Shown here: one piece after another, positions 14,508 to 24,700 of the stretch | How positions within the stretch are numbered: position 1 is the stretch's first letter | Layout: every line of letters begins with the position of its first letter | Source of the DNA: a virus | Taxonomy: Duplodnaviria; Heunggongvirae; Uroviricota; Caudoviricetes | Strand: one strand, 5' to 3' | DNA: 64,000 bases | IMG/VR virus record: IMGVR_UViG_3300043436_002205 | Program-made: the position numbers and the translations under genes | The notes under the pieces: model-generated | What the model was told of the DNA's origin: nothing | What the model saw: the letters and a program-made list of their open reading frames with translations, nothing else | Database searches by the model: none

Positions 14508-17480
14508 CTACTTTTTCTCAACTTCGTCTAGACGAGCAGATAGCTCCTTTACAGCTTCAATAAGAACGGCTGTTATGTTACCATACGCTACTGATTTATA
14601 TTCACCTATGTCATGAACTACTTCTGGGAGTATCTTTTCAACTTCCTGCGCGATCACACCTACGTTCTGCTTTCCGTCTCTTTCGAAATACACACCTCTC
14701 ATTAGATCAACTTTTTCAAGAGCGCTATCGATTGTGCGAATATTCGTCTTAAGTCTTTCATCAGAATAAGCTGTTACGTTTCCACCGACGGCTAGGTTTC
14801 CGGTTGATGGTTGGAATGAGAACGCTGTGGCTGTAGTTCTTACTCTTGCTGTTTGGTCGCTTCCAGAACCGGCAACAAAGACTGGGTAGTGAACCGTAGA
14901 AGACGTCGAGTCTGCTGCATTGATTGTGCTAGATGGTCCGGCCAAGCCTTGTGTACCAGTAGTTCCTTGTCTACCTTGAATGCCTTGCGAACCGTTCAAT
15001 CCGTTCGATCCTAGAACACCCGCGGTACCTTGTACACCAGTACTACCCGCTGTTCCGGTCAATCCTTGAGAACCGGATCCTGTTGTACCTTGTCTCCCTT
15101 GAATACCCTGAAGCCCTTGTCCGCCAGTTGTTCCGGTTAATCCTTGAGAGCCAGACCCTGTTGTACCCTGTGTACCTAGAGTACCTTGAATGCCTTGAGT
15201 ACCTTGACGACCTTGGAAGCCTTGCGCTACTGCTCCACCGTCTTGACCTTGAATACCTTGGCTTCCTTGGAAGCCTTGAGCAACTGCACCACCATTGAGA
15301 CCTTGAATACCTTGACTACCAGCTCCGCTAATGCCTTGTGTACCTTGTCTACCTTGGAAACCTTGGACAGTACCGGCAGTACCTTGGAAACCTTGGTTAC
15401 CTTCTCCAGGTATACCTTGGACGCCCTGTCTTCCCTGGAAACCTTGCGCTGCGGCAGCACCAGTAAGACCTTGGATACCCTGATTACCGGTTCCAGCAAT
15501 ACCTTGAGTACCCTGGTTACCTTGGAAACCTTGGAATGTAGCTGAGCCGCTAAGACCTTGGATACCAAACGTACCTTGAATACCTTGTGAACCAGTTGCA
15601 CCAGTTGCACCCGATCCAGCAATACCCTGGAACCCTTGCGTACCCTGTCTTCCCTGGAACCCTTGCGTACCTTGAATACCTTGATCGCCGCTAGCACCAG
15701 TTGCGCCTGTTCCTACAAGACCCTGTAGTCCTTGGCCACCCGTTGTACCTTGCCTACCCTGGAAACCTTGAGCGGCGACTACACCTGCAATACCTTGATT
15801 TCCCTGAGTGCCGGTTCCAGAAATGCCTTGCCCGCCTTGCCTACCTTGAATACCTTGAGCAGCCACAGCTCCTTCAATGCCTTGGTTTCCAAGTCTACCT
15901 TGAAGACCTTGCGTGCCTTGAATACCTTGAGCAGCCGCGGCTCCTTCAATGCCTTGGTTTCCAAGTCTACCTTGAAGGCCCTGGAATCCTTGTGTTCCAG
16001 TTCGACCTTGGATACCTTGCGCAGCTGCCTGTCCGGCAAGACCTTGATTACCAAAAGTTCCTTGCAAACCTTGAAGACCTTGAGAAGCAGCAGCGCCAGT
16101 CGCACCTTGAATGCTAATTCCTTGAGCGCCTTGGATACCAAGCGTACCTTGAATACCTTGATTGGCGGCTGCGCCGGCCTGTCCTTGTAAACCTTGGGTT
16201 CCAATTCCCTGTATACCTTGTATACCTTGTCTACCTTGGCTTCCCTGTATACCTTGAAGACCTTGGATACCTTGAGTACCTTGTCTTCCTTGTGTTCCCT
16301 GTATACCCTGAAGACCTTGAGTTCCTTGAGTTCCCTGTGTCCCTTGACGACCTTGCGTACCCTGAGGACCTTTGATCTGGCCTCCGTTTGTCCACGTAGT
16401 TCCGTTATACGCCCAAACATCTCCTTCCAACTCGTCTATAACTGCATCTCCGGCAGTTGCGCTTGGAAATGCTGCGTTTAGAGTAGTCTGTGGATTGTTA
16501 GGCGGAGCTACGTTTACGTCTGCAACAGAACCGATAAGATTAATGGATGGACCGATAAGACCTTGTATACCTTGACGTCCCTGTGTTCCCTGCAGTCCTT
16601 GTATACCCTGAGTACCTTGAATACCCTGAAGACCTTGAGTTCCTTGTGTACCCTGAAGACCTTGAGTTCCTTGAGTTCCTTGACGACCCTGTGTACCCTG
16701 AAGACCTTGAATACCCTGTGATCCCTGGGTGCCTTGTGTCCCTTGCGGTCCTTGAATACCCTGATTGCCTAAAGAACCCTGAATACCTTGAACACCTTGT
16801 GAGCCAGCAGCACCAGTTGCACCTACACCCTGAATACCCTGCAGACCTTGCGATCCTTGAGTACCCTGCCGACCTTGAGTACCTTGGGTTCCTTGTCTAC
16901 CTTGAGTACCCTGAGTTCCAGTTTCGCCTTGTAAACCTTGCCCGCCTTGTCTACCTTGAGTACCCTGTGTACCTTGGTTACCCTGACGACCTTGGTTACC
17001 TTGGTTACCCTGAACTCCTTGCGGTCCCTGCGGTCCCTGAATACCCTGTGTACCTCTAAACGGGCCGAGGTTTAACCAATCGTCATTTCCGATATAAGCC
17101 CATAGTTCATCTAATGCCTGGTCAACAACCGTATCGCCAACTAGCGCTGATGGAAAGAAAGCTGAAAGAAGGCCGTCTGGGTTGGTGTTAGCATTTACAT
17201 CTGCGACCTCACCGATGATTTTAATCGCAGGGCCAAAGTTACCTTGTACACCTTGTACTCCTTGTGGACCTTGTGGACCTTGAAGACCCTGGACTGATAT
17301 CCCGATTTCTATCCAATCAGAACCATCAGAATAGTACATAATACTAGTGTTTGAAGAATCTGTGTTTGCATAAACAATCGAGCCTTCGTATACACCAGGA
17401 TCTAGAGCGATAGGGTAGGACTGCCTAATACCGGGTCCTATTATAGGTGTTCTTCCTCTTACTGTCTTAAGCGACATCAT
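14508..17480 (-). CDS. Collagen-like tail fibre with C-terminal intramolecular chaperone (peptidase S74)
   Basis: Long Gly-X-Gln tracts; YSDERLKTNI...GVIAQEVE...VAYGNITAVLIEAVKEL. Confidence 0.9.
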   Translation of the reverse strand: MMSLKTVRGRTPIIGPGIRQSYPIALDPGVYEGSIVYANTDSSNTSIMYYSDGSDWIEIGISVQGLQGPQGPQGVQGVQGNFGPAIKIIGEVADVNANTNPDGLLSAFFPSALVGDTVVDQALDELWAYIGNDDWLNLGPFRGTQGIQGPQGPQGVQGNQGNQGRQGNQGTQGTQGRQGGQGLQGETGTQGTQGRQGTQGTQGRQGTQGSQGLQGIQGVGATGAAGSQGVQGIQGSLGNQGIQGPQGTQGTQGSQGIQGLQGTQGRQGTQGTQGLQGTQGTQGLQGIQGTQGIQGLQGTQGRQGIQGLIGPSINLIGSVADVNVAPPNNPQTTLNAAFPSATAGDAVIDELEGDVWAYNGTTWTNGGQIKGPQGTQGRQGTQGTQGTQGLQGIQGTQGRQGTQGIQGLQGIQGSQGRQGIQGIQGIGTQGLQGQAGAAANQGIQGTLGIQGAQGISIQGATGAAASQGLQGLQGTFGNQGLAGQAAAQGIQGRTGTQGFQGLQGRLGNQGIEGAAAAQGIQGTQGLQGRLGNQGIEGAVAAQGIQGRQGGQGISGTGTQGNQGIAGVVAAQGFQGRQGTTGGQGLQGLVGTGATGASGDQGIQGTQGFQGRQGTQGFQGIAGSGATGATGSQGIQGTFGIQGLSGSATFQGFQGNQGTQGIAGTGNQGIQGLTGAAAAQGFQGRQGVQGIPGEGNQGFQGTAGTVQGFQGRQGTQGISGAGSQGIQGLNGGAVAQGFQGSQGIQGQDGGAVAQGFQGRQGTQGIQGTLGTQGTTGSGSQGLTGTTGGQGLQGIQGRQGTTGSGSQGLTGTAGSTGVQGTAGVLGSNGLNGSQGIQGRQGTTGTQGLAGPSSTINAADSTSSTVHYPVFVAGSGSDQTARVRTTATAFSFQPSTGNLAVGGNVTAYSDERLKTNIRTIDSALEKVDLMRGVYFERDGKQNVGVIAQEVEKILPEVVHDIGEYKSVAYGNITAVLIEAVKELSARLDEVEKK
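14935..17295 (-). repeat. Collagen Gly-X-Y triplet repeat, interrupted twice by a globular insert
   Basis: Recurring 9-nt units such as ccttgagta/ccttgaata/ccctgtgta. Confidence 0.95.
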
Positions 17481-17892
17481 CCTGCTCCGCTTGTCCTATT
17501 GTGTAGGATATTGTTACATTTACTGACCCATTTATAGATGCTTTTACATCAACCGTGTCTCCAGTGTATATGAACTGACCGTTTAATGGAAGTGGAAGAA
17601 CATCAAACGCAGGAACTGGTAGTTCGTTAGCTATTATGAATGACGTGTTAGAACTTGCTCTGTATATTCTTACGCTTACATCTACAGTCTGAACATCAAT
17701 ATTAGTGATAATCATTGGACTGATAATTTCTGCCACCCCGGGAACGACGACGGTGTCGCCGCCGAATACTAATTCGGGTACTTCAAAACTAGGAACTTCA
17801 ATAATAGTCTCCCAGTCGTCAGTTAAGGTTACGCTTAGACCAATTGGCTTTGCGTCAGGCGCTTGGCTTGTTGTAACTATGCTATATGTCAT
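17467..17892 (-). CDS. Virion structural protein
   Basis: Beta-rich 141-aa ORF between fibre genes. Confidence 0.55.
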   Translation of the reverse strand: MTYSIVTTSQAPDAKPIGLSVTLTDDWETIIEVPSFEVPELVFGGDTVVVPGVAEIISPMIITNIDVQTVDVSVRIYRASSNTSFIIANELPVPAFDVLPLPLNGQFIYTGDTVDVKASINGSVNVTISYTIGQAEQDDVA

Positions 17893-20453
17893 ATTGATGC
17901 CCTACTTTGCGAAGCTCTACGAGCTAGTTTTCTAACAGATGATGTGAATGGCCTTCCTTCAATTCTTCCGGTACGACCGTTAATTTTAAGACCTCTAGCG
18001 AAGTACTGGTTATTTAGTTCGTCGGCTCCAGACCAACGTACTCTTCCACCATCTTCTTGAAGAACAGATGCAGCGGCTGATATAGGCTGGCCAAGTCTTC
18101 TGAAGTTAAGTGGAAGCGCGTTAACGTTAACGCCTGCACTTGCGAGGTTAAACTGGTGTGAGAGACTCTCTACGAGGCTACCGAAACGAAGAATGCGAGG
18201 ATTTCTTAAGCTTGCTATGAGGACGTCATCTACAAGACCGTCAACCATATTTTCTTCTGTGGCGGTTAGTGTAAAGTTTATCTTAATATAGTCACCCATA
18301 TGAGTAAACGAATCTGTAAAGGCGTTAAGAAGAGTTATATCATTTGGCCCGTCGTTAGTCCACGCAGATCCATCCCAGTAGTAGACGTCTCCGTCATAGA
18401 TATTTGATACACTGGTATATACAACATACGCATCATTTACTTCTACCGTAACTCCACTAGGTAGAGCTCCAACAGTAGCTACGCTTCCTATGTATCTTAA
18501 GCCATCGGTGTTTGGATTAAACACCGAGAATACATGTCTTCCTTCATAATTAAAGAGGCCAGCTGTAAATATACGAGTTCCTGTTTGTGTACCTTCACGA
18601 AAATCGTTTGTGATAGAACGTATAAAGTTTAGAGCATCTCTACGAGTAAGTTCTTCGTTTACAGTGTTTGCAGAATACCCTTCAGTGATCGTTAGATAGT
18701 CCCACATGTCGTCTATGATTGTGTTTGCGCCTGCGAGTATTTCATCTGCAAGACCGTCGTTCTCTACAAGAGTAGCGGTCGTTAATCTAGGGTTTTGGAC
18801 CGGAGTAGATCCCTTCGCGCGCATAGATATGTCGCCGAACTGAGTACCAGAGTTGTTTAGAGTAATCTGACCGCCGTTTAGAGAATAGAACGCACAGCGC
18901 GAGAAGATGGAAAGAGAGCTGATGCCATTAATACCTGCGCCATTCTTCGCAACATAACCCAAACCATTCTGAGTTCTAGGTGTAACACCAAAGCAAAGTA
19001 TGTATGGGAAGATTGAGTCTTGGTCGACTAATGCTCGGTCTGCGAGTACAGTCCCCCCACCTCTTCCTACTTCTTTGTTAGGATAGTCTTCTTCTAGAAC
19101 TGCATCAATGATAGCCGTTCCGCCGGATGAAGATGTAATGAGTGACCCAACTTCAAGATCATCGCTATTGTTTCTGATGTATATCGTTCCAGATCCAATC
19201 TCGGTGACTCTTGACACATATCCTGTTACGCCGTTGTTAGCCGTAACTAGGTCGTCAACTTCCCAAGTTCCGGTAACTCCGGTAACTTCTACCTCGTATC
19301 CTAGATCCTCAATTGTACCACGGCTGTTGAATGGATTTAATAGAGGAGGGATCTCTCTTCCAAAGTAGTTCGCTATCTGACTGCAGTCTCTTAAATATGG
19401 CGAACGAATGATTTTAGCACCAGGGCGGAACGAAAAAGCGAACCCTTTAGACGGATAGTCAAAGTTATCAACAATATTATTAAAGAAAGAAAAACCTTGA
19501 ACATAGCAGCCAGATCCTATGAGTATGACGTTTTCTCTTTCGTATCCAGGGTTCTGAATGATACGAGTTGCATACTGTCCGTTTGTCGACACCATCGTGC
19601 AACGATCCGGAAGAGAAAGGTTTCCGTTTGTGTAATAGTCGCCAGGAAAAACGGTAATCGCCGTTGGGATGCCTGGGCTGTTATCTCCAGGATAACCAGA
19701 AGGTATACCACCGGCCGCAGCTTCTTGTGCAAGTTCGAATGCCCGCGCGAGAGTTGCAACTGGCTTTAGATAACTTCCTGGGTTCGTATCATCTCCATCA
19801 ACACCGACGTATACTTTGTTTGCTTTCTTTGCGGTTTTAGATATCTCTTTGTATAGATCCTCGTAAGAGATCGCGACAGTTCTGCCTAAAGAAACGTCCT
19901 TAAGATAGAAGTAATCCGTATTTGATATGTCAGGAGCAAATGCTTCATCAACGTTAATGTTCGGGTCGTTTATTGTTGAGTCATTTATGATCCCGTCGTT
20001 TATAGTGGAATCATTTATAATTGCGTCGTTTATAGTTGAATCGTCTATGATAACGTCTGTTAGTATCGATGCGTTAATAAACGACGCATTCATAGTTGAA
20101 ATGTTAATGACGGATGATTCCATCGTAGAGTTCGTGATATCGGATTCGTCTATGTCAGAGTTATTAATATCCGAGTTATTCAACACCGACGTATTGATAG
20201 TCGAGTTGTTCATCGTAGAAGTGTTGATGACCGAGCCCGTAATCGTTACGTTTGTAAGCGGGATGTTTTGAATATAATCGCCGCCATTAATCTTTATATT
20301 AGTAAAAACTTCTTGCTGAATAGCTTTTACTAGTTCGGCACGAGTAATATTCTTCGTGCCGTCGTCGCCCTGATCGAGGCTGACAGTTACAAACAAGTCT
20401 CTGGATTTTGTATTACCGCCGGTAATTTTACCAAGTTCGGATATTTTAGACAT
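17889..20453 (-). CDS. Tail fibre/tailspike-like protein with pentapeptide repeats and a parallel beta-helix-like domain
   Basis: MSKISEL...DLFVTV...TKNIT N-terminus; (INDST)n repeats; VYVGVDGDDTNPGS motif; paralogous to ORF 1-459. Confidence 0.7.
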   Translation of the reverse strand: MSKISELGKITGGNTKSRDLFVTVSLDQGDDGTKNITRAELVKAIQQEVFTNIKINGGDYIQNIPLTNVTITGSVINTSTMNNSTINTSVLNNSDINNSDIDESDITNSTMESSVINISTMNASFINASILTDVIIDDSTINDAIINDSTINDGIINDSTINDPNINVDEAFAPDISNTDYFYLKDVSLGRTVAISYEDLYKEISKTAKKANKVYVGVDGDDTNPGSYLKPVATLARAFELAQEAAAGGIPSGYPGDNSPGIPTAITVFPGDYYTNGNLSLPDRCTMVSTNGQYATRIIQNPGYERENVILIGSGCYVQGFSFFNNIVDNFDYPSKGFAFSFRPGAKIIRSPYLRDCSQIANYFGREIPPLLNPFNSRGTIEDLGYEVEVTGVTGTWEVDDLVTANNGVTGYVSRVTEIGSGTIYIRNNSDDLEVGSLITSSSGGTAIIDAVLEEDYPNKEVGRGGGTVLADRALVDQDSIFPYILCFGVTPRTQNGLGYVAKNGAGINGISSLSIFSRCAFYSLNGGQITLNNSGTQFGDISMRAKGSTPVQNPRLTTATLVENDGLADEILAGANTIIDDMWDYLTITEGYSANTVNEELTRRDALNFIRSITNDFREGTQTGTRIFTAGLFNYEGRHVFSVFNPNTDGLRYIGSVATVGALPSGVTVEVNDAYVVYTSVSNIYDGDVYYWDGSAWTNDGPNDITLLNAFTDSFTHMGDYIKINFTLTATEENMVDGLVDDVLIASLRNPRILRFGSLVESLSHQFNLASAGVNVNALPLNFRRLGQPISAAASVLQEDGGRVRWSGADELNNQYFARGLKINGRTGRIEGRPFTSSVRKLARRASQSRASI

Positions 20454-20477
20454 GGTTGTCGAGATCCCTTTTTCTTT

Positions 20478-20485
20478 TATTTATA
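20478..20485 (-). promoter_or_regulatory. T4-type late promoter TATAAATA
   Basis: Exact consensus 25 nt upstream of ATG 20453. Confidence 0.7.
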
Positions 20486-20525
20486 TCGAAGAAATACCAA
20501 CATGATATTTAGAGAACAAAGAGTT

Positions 20526-21548
20526 TTAACTACCATTCTTCAAAGTTTTTATTTCTTCGTGAAGTTCTTTAATCGCTTCGATTAATAGCGGTACTAATTT
20601 TTCATAACGAACAGCCATGTATCCGTTTTCTCGAGTTGTTACGACTTCCGGTAATACTTGGTTTACTTCTTGAGCGATGACACCAACTTCTTTAACACTA
20701 GTATCTTTACTCTCAACTTCTTTAGCTAAGTCATTCCAATTAAAAGTAACACCATTCAGTTTTTCAATCTTTGATAGAGCGTCTGTAATATTTTCTACAT
20801 TTGTTTTCAATTCTCTATCAGAAGTAGCAAAAGCCGTGATCTCGCCACCTGCGTTAATAGCTCCGCTTACACCTAGACCGCCCGTGATGACGACAGAACC
20901 AGTCGTCCTACTAGTACTCGGTGTGTTATTAGTAAATGTCTTAATGCCAGCAATTGATTGGTTGCCAATCGTGTATACACCGTTTGTGACTGTGGCTGCG
21001 TTTCCAGTTATATTTCCAGTCACTGCACCAGAAATATTTCCAGTTATCGTTCCAGTTACAGTAAGGTTATTATCAACAACAAGATTGTTTCCAACATTCA
21101 TATTTCCTGCAATAGTAAGATCGCCAGATGGAGATACAGAAAGTTTTCTAGTTCCCGATCCAGTGTCAACTATAAAACTGGTGTTTGCGTTTGACTCAAA
21201 GCCAACTTGCCATATCACGGAAGCATTTGAATAATTCACTCTAGGTGCGTTCGTGCTTATAAGAGTTTGAATCGTTTGTGTTGGTGTATTAATTGTTACA
21301 GGTGACGTAACTTCTATTGCTGACGATCCTACTTTAGGAGATAAGGTATTAGCGCGCAAAGTATTAAATGCAATCACAGTATTTGCAGTGAACGATCCAA
21401 TCAGAGTCGAATTACCAGTTGTGGTATCGCCTAATGCTGAGGCCGTCATAGCATCGGAACTCACTATATCTACTAAGTCGTTGGTCCTATCCAACCATTG
21501 TTGAAACGTGTCCGAAGTAGTGACCTGACTTATACCGGTTTTTGCCAT
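20526..21548 (-). CDS. Tail fibre protein with C-terminal S74 chaperone
   Basis: DTFQQWLDRTN N-terminus; TSDRELKTNV...GVIAQEV...VRYEKLVPLLIEAIKEL. Confidence 0.85.
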   Translation of the reverse strand: MAKTGISQVTTSDTFQQWLDRTNDLVDIVSSDAMTASALGDTTTGNSTLIGSFTANTVIAFNTLRANTLSPKVGSSAIEVTSPVTINTPTQTIQTLISTNAPRVNYSNASVIWQVGFESNANTSFIVDTGSGTRKLSVSPSGDLTIAGNMNVGNNLVVDNNLTVTGTITGNISGAVTGNITGNAATVTNGVYTIGNQSIAGIKTFTNNTPSTSRTTGSVVITGGLGVSGAINAGGEITAFATSDRELKTNVENITDALSKIEKLNGVTFNWNDLAKEVESKDTSVKEVGVIAQEVNQVLPEVVTTRENGYMAVRYEKLVPLLIEAIKELHEEIKTLKNGS

Positions 21549-21550
21549 GT

Positions 21551-21727
21551 TTATGTGCTCTCTATCTTGTCTAATCTTTCACATAAGGAAGAAAGAACTC
21601 TTCTTATCTCTGGTAACTCTTTATAGATTTGTTCTATCTTTCTCACTCGATCCCTGTCTACTTTGTATTTATTTAGAGCAGCCAGGTCATCGTTGATAAG
21701 TGCTCTCGATCTTTCGTCTCTTATCAT
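21551..21727 (-). CDS. 58-aa conserved T4-like protein MIRDERSRALINDD... (missed by the track)
   Basis: Hand translation; ATGA overlap with the upstream stop; coiled-coil tail. Confidence 0.7.
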   Translation of the reverse strand: MIRDERSRALINDDLAALNKYKVDRDRVRKIEQIYKELPEIRRVLSSLCERLDKIEST

Positions 21728-24700
21728 GTTAGTGATATTCCTCTGTAGTCTAGAAGTCTTGGCGCTTTAAAGATATCTTCGGAGAGTAACTCTATCTTTA
21801 TTGCAAATCTGCGATAACCTTCAAAGGTTCCAATACCATTCGTATATGTAATCACACCTAAGTTTTTATTGGTGTTAGATACTTGATACACATACTCTTT
21901 AAAGTCATTAACATTGCTTACAGATGAATATAGATTAACTCCACCAGTAAGTTCTAACTCTATCCAATCGTTCGTTTCGAACACAGTTGGGTCATCTGCT
22001 GATTGCACTTTGATGTATACTGCGATATCTGTACCACGTGGTCTGTATCCTGTTACATAGATACGGAAATCTTCTGCATCTAGGTTTTCAGCCAATTCTA
22101 CGGTTTTAGATATGTACTTAGAAGTAGTTGTCGAATCGTTGGTGATCTTCCACTGATAAGCAAGAATGGACGCAGTCTCGATGTCAATGAAAGGAGACGA
22201 AGTGACATTCGAGTTGTTAGACATAGACACCGTAAGGTCTAGAGTCTTTTCTCTTGCGATGTCATTAGACTTACTATACACAACCATGCCGGTCTTACTA
22301 AACAACGCCTTGTCATTGAATTGCATCGGCAAGCTATATGTGTTTGACGGGTTGGCTGGATCGACGAGTGTTCCAGATAGAGTCGTTGCGGTTACGCTAT
22401 CGTTCGTTCTATGAATCATTGGCTGAATGTAGCTGAACTCAACGTTATCAACCGTGGTTATCGTCGCAGCTGCAGCGCTATCAAATCCGTACACTGTGTT
22501 ACCGGCAGCAAACTTTCGTGTAGAAGTTGCAGAAGATTCTTCGAGAATGATAAAATCCGGATATCTAAAGTCATAGTGACGAAGTATACCCATTGTAATC
22601 GGTAAACCACTTGTACTATCCGTGAAATATGATGGTCTATCCGCAACTATCACTGTAGAGTTTGCGCTAACAACTTTAAAGATCTGTCTGTTTGTAGTAC
22701 CGTTGCTTATCAGAACAAAGTCGCCGGCAGAATATGTGGCTGAAAGATTCGTTCCGCTGATCTGATTATTTCCGGAAACGGTGCTTAAGTTAGCTCCAGT
22801 AGTCCCGTCTTTAGACTCAAGCTTGTATACGGTCTCTCCAACTTTAAATGTTCCGATGTTGTTCTCTGTTGAGATAAACTCGTGGTCATCATTTGTAAGT
22901 GTGATAGTGCCAGCACTTGCATTGAAGTTATGGCGATACAGTACAAACTTAATGTCCTCGTCTTGATATGACTTCCACGCGCGATTGTTTGTAGATGTGA
23001 ATAGAACACCATCACCCCAGTCTTGGACGATTGGAAGTCCTTGATTCGCGCCTGGTGTTAGATCAACTCCACCAACCTTTGATGTAAAGATTAGATAGTC
23101 AGGATCGGCTGCATCTGGTATTACGACTACTGCATATTCTTTTTCAACATCAAGACGAACTGGGGCATTAAAAGTTACCGTTGTTTCGACAGAAGCATCA
23201 TCTGAAGTAAGTACTTCTGATGGAGTTAGGTGTACTTTAGAGAACGGTATCACGTCATATGAAGGATAACCATTTATAACTTCTCTTAATTCAACATTTA
23301 CGCCGTTTATATTACTTCTTCTCTTGAAGAACAGATCTATTTTAGAGACAAATACAGTGTCAGATCCAAGACCCATGCCAGATTTTATGAAGAAGGTCTG
23401 AGCAATTGGATCTGGCGACGGGTCTCGCCCGCGATCACCTTCAGTTGGTCTTCTTGTAACATTTCTATCCGTGGTTGTTGTTGCAGTAGAAGCTGCACGG
23501 CGAGTTGAGACTGTTAAAGATGCTTTTTCTACAGAGAAGTTATATGCTCTATAGGTTACAAAACCATACGATGTGCTGGCGCTATCAATCGCAGCGTGCG
23601 TGTCAACGTCAACTACTTCTAGTTTTCTGTCTCCAACATAGAACCTTGATGATGGTAGACTAAACACCGCCCTCAAGACGCCGTTCGCATCTGTTTCGAC
23701 CGCCGCGTTAGCAACACCGCGTCTTCTTATTTCACTCGGGGAGTTAACATTGCTTCCTGGGAACACAAATTGGTTCACATCTTCTTCATCAAAGAAGAAA
23801 TAGTGGCGAGTGTTAGGGCGAAGACCAGACATGTATATATTAATGTCACGGCCTCTCATGAATGGATTAAATGTAAAGTTCGTAACAAAATCGCCAACGC
23901 GGCGTTGGTTCGTGTTATTTGTGTTGGCTTGAATAGCGGTTGACGTTAACGGATTAAGCTCTTGTGTAGCGGCAGTCGACACAGTTAAGCGTCTTCTATT
24001 CAAACCTATATTAACTGGGTTAGTGACAGTATCATAGACTGCGTCGTATTCCGGTTCTATTTCGCCAATGCCACGATATGAATAGAAGTTACTTACGCAG
24101 TTTCTAAATTCTGTGGCGTAGGGTTGCGATATGATGGATACGTCGGTGTTTCTCTGAAGTGTTCCGACCTTTGCATTTGACGTGGTTGGGAACAGCGTCG
24201 CAGAAGATGCAGACTTATACTTAAGGTTTAACGGGAATGTTTTTACAGATGGCATAAGCGATTGTTCTGTAAAGTCCAGCGCAGCATTAAATTCCACATT
24301 CTCTAGGTTGGCTATACTAAGATCGTTAAAGGGATCAACTATGATGCCGTTCTTAAAACGATCTAGACCGTTTTCATCAACAATGTTTAGATTTTTTGTA
24401 TCGGCTTCTAGGGTGTTCAGCAGAACATAATACTCTAAGCTGTCGATCTTCTTTTCTAAGTTTTCGATATCTTTCATACGATAAGATTTTGTACCTTTAG
24501 GAACGATCTGCACAGCATACTGAGGTCTATCCTGTTCGTCAGCTTCTTCTGGTGTAAGTGCTGGCGCTCCTGGTACGAATATTTCCGCGATCTTAACCTG
24601 ATCGCCAGATATGATTGGCGGAATAGAATTCTCTACTTCCGTTCCTCTTAACAATGATATTCTGCCATAAGAGTCAAGAATTACCGCATCGGTTCTGTTT

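Noticed and set aside
15083-17059. Many long alternative-frame and antisense ORFs over the collagen gene
   Set aside because: They are by-products of the 9-nt coding repeat, which lacks stops in other frames; no SD and low-complexity translations.
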